The notes under the pieces are model-generated. The model searched no databases. It was not told the DNA's origin and was given only the letters and a program-made list of their open reading frames with translations. This document shows, one piece after another, positions 9,803-18,467 of a stretch of 64,000 bases of DNA. Position 1 is the first letter of the stretch. Every line of letters begins with the position of its first letter. The DNA lies in the IMG/VR virus record IMGVR_UViG_3300050343_000215, positions 113,687-177,686 of that record. One strand, written 5' to 3'. The stretch comes from a virus. The translations under genes were made by a program, and so were the position numbers.

Positions 9803-10264
9803 CTATTCTATACCTTCTGGAAATCCACTACATTCCACACATTCTTGATCTGGAAGATCTCCAAAATTTTCTGGATTTCTTTCTCGGTATGCAGCATACT
9901 CTTCATCTGTATGAATAACTTCTCCTTCTTCATTCCTAACTAATTCACCCGAAAATTCACCCGAAGAATAATGCCAGCAGACATCTCCCATTTCCTGAAC
10001 TTCTGCTTCAAGTTCTTCATCAAATTCTACTTCATTTAAAAACCAATCTTTTACACGAGTAATATTATCAAATACTTTTACTTTATCCTGAAATTCACAC
10101 CACCACATGAGTTCATCTACTGGCAATTCTGGTTCTGATTCATAATCTTCGGGATTTTTTCCCTCAGGAAGTAATGCTTCAATAACCATATGCACGTCCG
10201 ACCCGTGCTTCTCCTCAATTGACTGAATTACATCATATAGGGGGATATCCGTAACAGAGTTCAT
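9803..10264 (-). CDS. Very acidic hypothetical protein (153 aa)
   Basis: ORF track; about 43 D/E versus about 9 K/R by hand count. Confidence 0.8.
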   Translation of the reverse strand: MNSVTDIPLYDVIQSIEEKHGSDVHMVIEALLPEGKNPEDYESEPELPVDELMWWCEFQDKVKVFDNITRVKDWFLNEVEFDEELEAEVQEMGDVCWHYSSGEFSGELVRNEEGEVIHTDEEYAAYRERNPENFGDLPDQECVECSGFPEGIE

Positions 10265-10301
10265 TCTTTATGCACTAAATAAAAACACAACACAATATAT
10301 A

Positions 10302-10336
10302 GTCAATTGACCTGACTTGAATATGTGTTATAATAT
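10302..10336 (+). promoter_or_regulatory. Sigma70-like promoter for the plus-strand cassette, built on a GTCAATTGAC palindrome
   Basis: TTGACC 10307-10312, 18-nt spacer, TATAAT 10331-10336, 21 nt before the ATG at 10358. Confidence 0.6.
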
Positions 10337-10357
10337 AGTATAGTATTCCGATAAAAA

Positions 10358-10864
10358 ATGAGTCTTCAACTTTGCCTCCTAGAAACTGGAGAAACTATTA
10401 TTGCTGATGTTCGCGAAGCAATTGATCCAGAATCAAATGAATCCCTTGGGTATCTAGTAACTAATCCATTTAGTGTAAAACACATCATTAATAATGTAGT
10501 TAATGTTGAGGAGATGTCAGAAGAAACTAACACTTCTCCTGAAAATGCCGCATCCCTATCATACTCTGTATGGGCACCTTTAGCTCGTCAAAATACCTTT
10601 AATTTTCATACAGATTTTATCCGTGTAATTTATAATCCTGATCAAACTGTTATTGATCAATACACAAATATCCTTGAAAAATGGTTAGAAGAACACACTG
10701 TAGAAGTTGAAACTGATAAACACTCAACTACAATTACACTGGGATCAGACGCAACGCAAGCTGCATTGAGAGAAGAATTAGAGTCTATGAATAATGATAA
10801 AAAAGAAGGTGACTTTAATCCAGAGTCAATGACTGCTGCTGGAGAAGAATCTAATGCAAACTGA
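10358..10864 (+). CDS. Hypothetical protein (168 aa)
   Basis: The N-terminus MSLQLCLLETGETIIADVRE resembles the recurrent cyanophage 'xxKLxLLKSGEDIIADV' small beta-barrel proteins (recalled); acidic tail; overlaps the next gene. Confidence 0.8.
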   Translation: MSLQLCLLETGETIIADVREAIDPESNESLGYLVTNPFSVKHIINNVVNVEEMSEETNTSPENAASLSYSVWAPLARQNTFNFHTDFIRVIYNPDQTVIDQYTNILEKWLEEHTVEVETDKHSTTITLGSDATQAALREELESMNNDKKEGDFNPESMTAAGEESNAN

Positions 10865-11675
10865 ATTAACTCCTGCTCCTGCAATTAAAAAAAGTAAAAT
10901 TACTACTTTTGATACAACACTACTTATGGCGAGTAGACCTCCTGAAATTGAGGAGATGGATAACTGTATTCTTGTTGATAATTTTTTTCATGCATATGAG
11001 AAAATAGAAGAAAACCTCTTAAAATTTCACTCAACAAACTGTCATGAGATTAATGAAATTTTATTTTATGGTGGGAAAAATGTTGAATATTTAGGAACCA
11101 AGGGTATTGTTCAACCTATCCCAAGAGATTTTTCAGTTGAATTTATTAAAACAATTTATGAATATCTTACTGAAAAAGATTATTTAATTCCTAATATTAA
11201 CTCTGATGAGACCAACCTAGTTGATAAAATTATATTTTCAAGTGCTACTGAAGCAACATTATATTATGACGAAATGATTGTAGATAAAGGATTTAATGTT
11301 CCATGTCCTAGTGGTGGTGAATTTACTAGTACAGTGTTCTTATGTGATGATACAGAAGAAAGTAAAATGGGAGTTACTTTCTACGATTTTGTTTTTGAGG
11401 GAAGATCATATTCCTCAGTTGAAGATTTCATGCTTGAGGATGATGATACCCGAGAAAAGATTTTTAAAGTTCTTGGGGAATACAGTCTTGCTTCAGGAGA
11501 ATTAAAACTATTTGAAGAATTTACTGAGTCCGAACACTTTAAACCAACAGAGTATATTGAAGCAAAACAAAATAGAATGATTGCTTATAAAAGCAGTTTT
11601 TTCACTGTTAATAATTTTACTGCAGGTGAAAGGTATACTTTAAATTGCTCATTTAATGCTACTAATGTTGGTTAA
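10854..11675 (+). CDS. Degenerate 2OG-Fe(II) oxygenase-like (DUF6445-like) protein
   Basis: ILVDNFF, STVFLCD..GVTFY and EAKQNRMIAYKSSFF parallel the neighbouring oxygenase, but the HxD...H triad is not evident. Confidence 0.55.
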   Translation: MQTELTPAPAIKKSKITTFDTTLLMASRPPEIEEMDNCILVDNFFHAYEKIEENLLKFHSTNCHEINEILFYGGKNVEYLGTKGIVQPIPRDFSVEFIKTIYEYLTEKDYLIPNINSDETNLVDKIIFSSATEATLYYDEMIVDKGFNVPCPSGGEFTSTVFLCDDTEESKMGVTFYDFVFEGRSYSSVEDFMLEDDDTREKIFKVLGEYSLASGELKLFEEFTESEHFKPTEYIEAKQNRMIAYKSSFFTVNNFTAGERYTLNCSFNATNVG

Positions 11676-12448
11676 TGGATATTAATAATTTTTCTAGATA
11701 TTCATCTGGAGACATAGAATCTTTGATTGAAATTAATCCTGATTCTGAATTTGAATTATGCAGGTTTGAAGGAATTAAATATATCAAAGGTCACAATGTC
11801 TTAAAACGACCAGATGATTTTGCTGAGTTTCTTTCTAAATTTCCTGCTGAAGATAGGAATGTGAGTCTTCAACGAAATCAAGAAACTAAAATTGATAGTT
11901 CAGCTCCAGGTTTTCAGCAATACCTCAAAGAAAATTATTTTGCTAAATTAAATGAACATTTTTTTAAAGTTGGTCATCAGTTAAAATTCCATAGATACCC
12001 TTTAAATAGAGTTAGTTTTGATAACTTTACTAACTGTTGCTATCCTGGAATGAAAGCATATCAAAAAAATTATCTTCCTCACACAGATCGTTTTGGAATT
12101 GCTTCAAATTTATATTTAACTGATCCTGGAACTAAAACATCAACTTCGTTTTATAGAATTAAATGCTCAAGTGGAAATGTATACCACAATGAATTTGAAC
12201 TTAGTCGCGCTCCCAAAGAAGATGCGTTAGAACTTAGAGATAGATATGCTGAGGAAGGTGCTAATGCTGGTTGGGAACCTTGGGTTTTCTTTAGGGGAAA
12301 TAAATTTTATGAATTTTATTTTGAAATTCCAGCAGAATATAATAGTATGAGTATGTACAGAGGAAATGCATGGCATAGTATATGTTATGATGCATCAGAA
12401 AAATCTAAACTACGATATTCTTTTGTTACTGCAATGTTTGCAGAATAA
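11675..12448 (+). CDS. 2OG-Fe(II) oxygenase superfamily protein (DUF6445-like)
   Basis: LPHTD (HxD), ASNLYLT..TSFYR, EYNSMSMYRGNAWHS (distal His), RYSFV. Confidence 0.75.
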   Translation: MDINNFSRYSSGDIESLIEINPDSEFELCRFEGIKYIKGHNVLKRPDDFAEFLSKFPAEDRNVSLQRNQETKIDSSAPGFQQYLKENYFAKLNEHFFKVGHQLKFHRYPLNRVSFDNFTNCCYPGMKAYQKNYLPHTDRFGIASNLYLTDPGTKTSTSFYRIKCSSGNVYHNEFELSRAPKEDALELRDRYAEEGANAGWEPWVFFRGNKFYEFYFEIPAEYNSMSMYRGNAWHSICYDASEKSKLRYSFVTAMFAE

Positions 12449-12477
12449 AAAAGGGGGCATATGCCCCCCATTTTTTT
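12446..12477. terminator. Bidirectional intrinsic terminator between convergent genes
   Basis: A-run, perfect palindrome GGGGGCATATGCCCCC (12453-12468), T-run; lies between the stops at 12448(+) and 12495(-). Confidence 0.85.
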
Positions 12478-12494
12478 GGTTTTTTATACCAGGA

Positions 12495-15400
12495 TCATGC
12501 CTGAGATTCTTGCCAGGTGACCCTTGCCGACACAGCGAAGGGGTTAGCAGTGCTAACTCCAGTAGCGTCAACGATCTTCGCAACAACTGTGAGGATGTCA
12601 GGTCCGTTGGGGAATGTACCATCTCCACCTAGGATTGAGTTGCCCAGTGCAGAGATCTGACTGAGGTCGTAAGCGGTTGAAGTAGATTCACCAGTACCAC
12701 CACCAGCAGCACGGAAGGAGAGAATCGTTGAACCACCCGCGACAGTTTCGTTAGAAGAGTGTCTAACCAACTGACACAAGGAAGGTTCTTGAACATTCTG
12801 ATATGCGTCAGTACTCAGTCTTCCGTTCAGTTTGAGACTGATTTCAGTCTCATGCGTGGTAAGAATACCAACGGAAGCAAGTTTAAGTTGCATTCTGTTA
12901 ACGATTTCTCTTTCGCCCAGTGCGCCTGTGATTGATGAGTCAACCGAAGGTGCGAGTCTGATTGAGATAAGAGGAATATCCTGAGGAATTGGGTTGTCAG
13001 TTCCAGAAGGAGCACCGATAGACATCGTAGTTCCAGAAGGAACAGTGATACAACCATTAGATCCGCAAAGAGTTCTTTGGATGTTATCAGTGTGATATCT
13101 GTTGAATACAGCGTTAGTTCCTTCAAAGTACTGGATGTATACTTCATAGTAACTAGATCCATTCCTACTTCTAGAGTTAATTGCTCTACCAGTTTGGAAG
13201 TATCCACTCGCGATCGTGTTGTGATACAACAGTGTGTTAGTAGCGAATGCAGATGCGTCAGATTGCTGGAAGAACAGTACGAGGAAGTACTCTCTGTAGT
13301 AATAGCTACCTTGGTATCTTTCACTACGAATAGCAGTATTTGATTGAGTGTTCTTATCAACAGCGGATTCGTTAGTAAACTTCTGGACGTTGCCAGATGC
13401 CGTGAACAAGTACGCTTCGTCATCCTGATACATACCATCCATAATAACTGAAGTACCCCAGTGGAACAGAGTTCCGACATAACTTGGTAGTTCATTATTT
13501 TCAATCTCATAACGTGCAGGCAGGTTACCTGAACGGAAGTAAGATTCAGTCAAGCGGTTGTTGTGCTTGAATTCATGGACATACTTGACGTGACCGTTTT
13601 GATCCTTAAATCCGAAGCGGATCTTACCAGCACCATACCAGGAGTAATCCATGTAGCACATCTGGATCTTGCTGACATCAAGATCAAATCCAGAAGGACC
13701 ATTACCATCTGCTTTATCAACATTCCAGTCGGGTTGACCAACCTTAGTATCAATTGTCTTAGTACAAATAACGTTTTCAGCAGTAACGCCACGATAAGCA
13801 GGTTGAACTGTAACCTGTGTATTGCTGGTAACTTTAACGACTCTGTAAGACATACCGCGAATAACGATCTGCTCACCCTTATTCAGTTCCGAGAGGAACT
13901 TAGTATTTGTACCAGTAACAATGTTATCCTGATTCGTCACACTAACTGTACCAGGAAGCTGAAGAACTGAACTTCTTCTTACACAATTCAGAGTTTGACC
14001 ATTGAATTCATAGAAGAAACCATTCTGATCATCAAACATACCAGCGCGGATGTCACAACCAGACCAGGAAAGAACCTGTGCTTTAGGGAATCCACCAGAA
14101 TTACTTCTAGCAGGTTCAACATCAAGAAGATATTTAAATTCATAATCATTTTGAATGGAGGTTACGTTAGAAGAAATATTCCACGCCTGATCGTCCGATT
14201 CAATAATCTTAATATCAAGTTGATTTGTAAGATTATGTGGTTTTGATGTCGTTACGAGACCTTCAACAATTTCATGGAATACAAGAGTCTCAGAAACAAG
14301 ACTTGCTTCACAGTTGCTGCTGATTCTAAGTGTGGTTGAGTTAATGACCTCAATAACTCTGGTTTGTCCTCCTTCTGGAGTAAGACCAATACCAGAACCA
14401 GTAACTTTCATATCAGGAATAATACCTGAAGTATCAGCAACCGTCAGTTGATCATCACCTTGAGTTCCAGTAGCAGCAGTAGATACTGTAGTACCACGAG
14501 TAGCATATGAAAGATCTAGGACAGGAATCAACGGAATAAAGTTGATCGCGTATGAAGTCTGGATACCTTTACCTGACTGATAACGGAAGTACTTACGAGT
14601 CTGTCTAGAAATTTTAGAGTTGGGTGACTTAGAAGTACCGATTTCCATACCACCATCAAATGGTCTATGGAGATAGAATCCATCAGGACGTACATAGATG
14701 TAGGAAGGAATTAGATAAACTACATTAGTAGCAGTGAAATCAACAGCAGTCTCTACGAGGAGAGTGTTGTCATCTGTAATAGCAGTAATTATTCTGGACT
14801 TAATCGTACCAGGAGTACCACCAGTCACATCAACCAGTTTGATAGTATCACCAACCTTGAAGAATCTTTCAAAGGATGTATCTGTACCAATAATACTTCT
14901 TGAACCAGAAACAGTTTCAATTGTTCCTGCACCAGTAACTTCACCTGAAAGGTTGGAACTTATAAATCTTTGAAGTCCACTTCCAGTACTAGTGAAGGCG
15001 AGAGGAACTGGTGGTTCTGCAGTTGCATCTGCTTCAGTAGCAGCAAGTTTGATGAAGTTGTGGTCAAGTACAATGACATAATAGTCAGTATTATTAGTCA
15101 AACCACTAATATCAGTTCCTCCGTTGTTGTCATAGATGACTCTTGTTCCAGTACCAAAGAAGTGGTTTGGAATGTTGATACGCATGTCAACAATATCAAC
15201 ATCAGTATTACTATTAAATGCTTTTGATGTTGGAGGAATTTTGAATGGAATTGTAACTTCCAATTCAGTCTCACTAATTGCTGTAGTAGTTGTGTATGAA
15301 CCATCAACAACACCGAAATCAGCAGTTGTGTTCTCAAATGTATGAGCACCACTACCACTACTTGTGATATCAATCATTGATCCACCTTGAGTAGCCGACA

Positions 15401-18194
15401 GAGTAAATCTGTTACCACTGATAGGATAGACATAGTAAGAAGTACCATCAACCAGACCAGGGCTACCGGTAGGAGCAACACCAGTTGTGTTATACTTCAG
15501 AAGTTCACCTGCAGAGAACTGGTTGTCTGCGATGTAGATAGAGTTTCTGCTTGGGTTTGTCAGGACAGCAGTAAATGTAGTGGTGCCCGTGGCACCAGCA
15601 AGTCTCATTGGAGATGCACCTGTACTAGACTTAATTCTGAATCTATCGTTGTTGATTCTATCAATATACCATGTTCCGCTACTGGTGGAAGTTCTATTAC
15701 CAGCATTATTATAGTAATAATGAACAGCACCTGTGGATGACAAAACTACACTATCATTGGTATTAAAACCATGATTCTGTTTATAGAAAGAATCATTGGT
15801 AGAAGTATTTCTCTTCAGAAGAGCAATATACTGGTTTGTCTGACCATCTTCATTGACTGAACGGAAATTCCATGTGGGGTCACCGTCATAACCAGATTGG
15901 TAATACCAGTAGTACCACTCATTACCATTCAATCTGAATTGGTAATCACTCTCGTCATAGAGGTAACATGAACTGTTTGTCCAGTATGTTTTGGAGTTTC
16001 TTCCTTGATATCCACCTGAAACATAACCATAGCTATAGTTACCATTGTTATTACCGTTAACACCTTGGTTCTCATGGTCGGTCAGGAAGTCATAAGTTCC
16101 TTGCCACTGTGTATTACCGAGGGGAAGAGTTTCGTGATGATAACCATAGGTTCTCATCTCATAACCTCTACGATAGTAATCCCACTTCATGAGATATCGT
16201 TCAGAGTGGTTGGAACTAATTCCATCACCATAACGTGTGGTGCAGAAGAATGCGGCAACATCCCAAGGAGTTCTTCCTAAACCGTAAGTACCATCAACAC
16301 TAGCAAAATCATACCCAGAATAGGTGTTTCTATTTGATCTATAGTATGTACGATAGTAAACATAGAAATCTCTTCTAGGACTATATTCAGACTCAATATT
16401 ATAAACTAGACCAAGGTTATGTGAACCGTGAGCAAAAGTACCACCTGAAGAGAGATTAAGTCTATAATTCATTCTTTGCGAATGATTTAGATAGAAAGAG
16501 TTATCGTCAATTCTTTCAATATAATAAACCTGCATTCTGGAAAGACCGCCGATGGGAAGGTCGCCAGGATTTGGGTAGTAAAGAACAGCAGCACGGTTAT
16601 GGAAACCATGACTAGTCATCGTAATGGAATCACTTCCATAGTTGATGTCAGTCTCATCAAAACGTTTCGTATATGTAGACTCATAATTATAAGGAACTCT
16701 CTGAGTAGGATCTTCAGCAGTAACAATGTTTGCCTGTTCAACGTGGTCAATAGTTGGTCTTCCATCAGGAGCAGTTACTGTAGAATCAGGAACTTCCAGA
16801 ACCTTAGGAGAAACTGTGTTAACAAAGTAGAAGTTTGTATTGTCAGCAAAACCATGTTCTGATCTGGTTGTCAGAAGAACTTTAGTATTTGTTCCAAATA
16901 CAATATTATAAGAAGAACCCATACCAGCGTGATTCTGGCATCTATAATAAAGAGTATTATAAGATGGTTCTGCTGATGTTATCAGAATTCTGGTATATGC
17001 ACCAGCAGTTCCAGGTGTACCATTCGCATATACATAGGTACTATGAACATTACCACCAGTTGCAGCATCAGCAAACTCAAGTGGATGATTATTATTACTT
17101 ACATCAGATTGATCAAAGATATAAATTGAATTTCTGATTAAAGTAAAGTCTGGTTCAAGATAGCAAGTTTCAACGGTATTGCCAATAAAATATCTATTTC
17201 CACTGTCTACTACACCATTGTTTGCGGTAGACTCAATAGTATATTCTACAGCAGCACCTGTAATAGTAAGAGGTTCATCTACAGCAAAGGCACCAAGTTC
17301 AATATCAATTACAGTGATGGTTGAACCATCAACTTTAGCAATTTTACCAATAGCACTTGGAGTTGTTGCTGTTGCTCCGACAAGAACATCAATATCAAAA
17401 GCAGTTGTTGCCGTGAGTTCAATTGTAGGTTTTACAATAACAGTTTTTCTAAACAAGTCAGAGGTAATACCTTTAGTTGAACTCAGATTAACCTGAGAAC
17501 CTTGGAAGAATTTACCAGGAATGATAGAAGTATATGTACCTTGAAGATTCTTGGTTTCTGGTTGGTTCGCTCTAGCCTTGTATGTAAAAGTTTCGTTTGA
17601 AGGAACTGATTGAATCAGATATGCACCTTCAGCAGAGAGTGAAGAAAGACCAGTTACTGTGATAGGAACACCAGTAGCAAGACCATGTTCAAATTCACAA
17701 GTTACAGTAATAATTTCACTATCCTTAGTTGAAGTTACGCCCGAGATAAAGGGAATAGTAGTATCAGCAGTAGACGCATAGAACGAAGGAATATTGTTAA
17801 TGGTCTGAATAGTTTCCCACTTAGAAGCTTGGGGACCATACTCAAAGTCGGTGTCAACTAAGTTCTCTGGGTTTGAAACTCTGAATTTAGAAACAGCATC
17901 AACATAAGTCTCTGAGGGCTCAATGTTAACGTAATCTTTTTCATAGAAAATCTGCAGTTCATCAGTGCTCTGCATAGTAGAGCAGTTAAAATTCAATACA
18001 AAGGTAGTTTCCTCTGCAACTTTGTCATATGTTCTAGATCCTAGACCTAAAAAAGCATCAGCAAAATTGTAGATATTGACATTATCTGTTACATTCGTTA
18101 CGAGAAGCAATCGCTTAGCAGGAATGTTGCCCTTGACCTTGACAGTGTTGGTCGTTGGCTCAAAAGTGTAATAAGTAATTAATTTCTTTGCCAT
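12495..18194 (-). CDS. Large virion structural/fiber-like protein (1899 aa)
   Basis: MAKKLITYYTF N-terminus; repeated HG(F/L)...GL...YYV..ID.N.F.L beta modules; a Tyr-rich insert; an H..C-x-x-H-x-x-M motif; located in the late fiber cluster. Confidence 0.85.
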   Translation of the reverse strand: MAKKLITYYTFEPTTNTVKVKGNIPAKRLLLVTNVTDNVNIYNFADAFLGLGSRTYDKVAEETTFVLNFNCSTMQSTDELQIFYEKDYVNIEPSETYVDAVSKFRVSNPENLVDTDFEYGPQASKWETIQTINNIPSFYASTADTTIPFISGVTSTKDSEIITVTCEFEHGLATGVPITVTGLSSLSAEGAYLIQSVPSNETFTYKARANQPETKNLQGTYTSIIPGKFFQGSQVNLSSTKGITSDLFRKTVIVKPTIELTATTAFDIDVLVGATATTPSAIGKIAKVDGSTITVIDIELGAFAVDEPLTITGAAVEYTIESTANNGVVDSGNRYFIGNTVETCYLEPDFTLIRNSIYIFDQSDVSNNNHPLEFADAATGGNVHSTYVYANGTPGTAGAYTRILITSAEPSYNTLYYRCQNHAGMGSSYNIVFGTNTKVLLTTRSEHGFADNTNFYFVNTVSPKVLEVPDSTVTAPDGRPTIDHVEQANIVTAEDPTQRVPYNYESTYTKRFDETDINYGSDSITMTSHGFHNRAAVLYYPNPGDLPIGGLSRMQVYYIERIDDNSFYLNHSQRMNYRLNLSSGGTFAHGSHNLGLVYNIESEYSPRRDFYVYYRTYYRSNRNTYSGYDFASVDGTYGLGRTPWDVAAFFCTTRYGDGISSNHSERYLMKWDYYRRGYEMRTYGYHHETLPLGNTQWQGTYDFLTDHENQGVNGNNNGNYSYGYVSGGYQGRNSKTYWTNSSCYLYDESDYQFRLNGNEWYYWYYQSGYDGDPTWNFRSVNEDGQTNQYIALLKRNTSTNDSFYKQNHGFNTNDSVVLSSTGAVHYYYNNAGNRTSTSSGTWYIDRINNDRFRIKSSTGASPMRLAGATGTTTFTAVLTNPSRNSIYIADNQFSAGELLKYNTTGVAPTGSPGLVDGTSYYVYPISGNRFTLSATQGGSMIDITSSGSGAHTFENTTADFGVVDGSYTTTTAISETELEVTIPFKIPPTSKAFNSNTDVDIVDMRINIPNHFFGTGTRVIYDNNGGTDISGLTNNTDYYVIVLDHNFIKLAATEADATAEPPVPLAFTSTGSGLQRFISSNLSGEVTGAGTIETVSGSRSIIGTDTSFERFFKVGDTIKLVDVTGGTPGTIKSRIITAITDDNTLLVETAVDFTATNVVYLIPSYIYVRPDGFYLHRPFDGGMEIGTSKSPNSKISRQTRKYFRYQSGKGIQTSYAINFIPLIPVLDLSYATRGTTVSTAATGTQGDDQLTVADTSGIIPDMKVTGSGIGLTPEGGQTRVIEVINSTTLRISSNCEASLVSETLVFHEIVEGLVTTSKPHNLTNQLDIKIIESDDQAWNISSNVTSIQNDYEFKYLLDVEPARSNSGGFPKAQVLSWSGCDIRAGMFDDQNGFFYEFNGQTLNCVRRSSVLQLPGTVSVTNQDNIVTGTNTKFLSELNKGEQIVIRGMSYRVVKVTSNTQVTVQPAYRGVTAENVICTKTIDTKVGQPDWNVDKADGNGPSGFDLDVSKIQMCYMDYSWYGAGKIRFGFKDQNGHVKYVHEFKHNNRLTESYFRSGNLPARYEIENNELPSYVGTLFHWGTSVIMDGMYQDDEAYLFTASGNVQKFTNESAVDKNTQSNTAIRSERYQGSYYYREYFLVLFFQQSDASAFATNTLLYHNTIASGYFQTGRAINSRSRNGSSYYEVYIQYFEGTNAVFNRYHTDNIQRTLCGSNGCITVPSGTTMSIGAPSGTDNPIPQDIPLISIRLAPSVDSSITGALGEREIVNRMQLKLASVGILTTHETEISLKLNGRLSTDAYQNVQEPSLCQLVRHSSNETVAGGSTILSFRAAGGGTGESTSTAYDLSQISALGNSILGGDGTFPNGPDILTVVAKIVDATGVSTANPFAVSARVTWQESQA

Positions 18195-18235
18195 TTTTTA
18201 AAAATCCTTTCGGTTATGTTTATATACGTGTCTAA

Positions 18236-18424
18236 TCAAAGACCAAATGCTACGGACATAGCGAGCGATCCCTGCCTAGTAGCGAGTTCAGTTCCTCCAG
18301 CTTTCACACCATCATGAACAACAGCAGTATTTTTTGTGGTATCAACAGTGATTTCACCTTCAGCACCAATAAAAGTTTGATGTTGAGCGGTTGTACCCCT
18401 TCTGAATTGTACTTGAGTGGTCAT
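18236..18424 (-). CDS. Stand-alone Mtd_N (major tropism determinant N-terminal / hyaluronidase-N-like) domain protein
   Basis: QVQFRRGTTAQH..F.GAEGEITVDTTKNTAVVHDG...GG is the Mtd_N pattern. Confidence 0.8.
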   Translation of the reverse strand: MTTQVQFRRGTTAQHQTFIGAEGEITVDTTKNTAVVHDGVKAGGTELATRQGSLAMSVAFGL

Positions 18425-18452
18425 TCTTTTTAAGCCAAAGATTTTCTTCTTT

Positions 18453-18460
18453 TATTTATA
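18453..18460 (-). promoter_or_regulatory. T4 late promoter TATAAATA
   Basis: Perfect consensus 29 nt upstream of the ATG at 18424. Confidence 0.8.
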
Positions 18461-18467
18461 CAAATTA

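Noticed and set aside
12827-13510. 227-aa alternative-frame ORF and many short antisense ORFs across the structural genes
   Set aside because: Shadow ORFs of codon-biased structural genes; no promoter, RBS or domain signal
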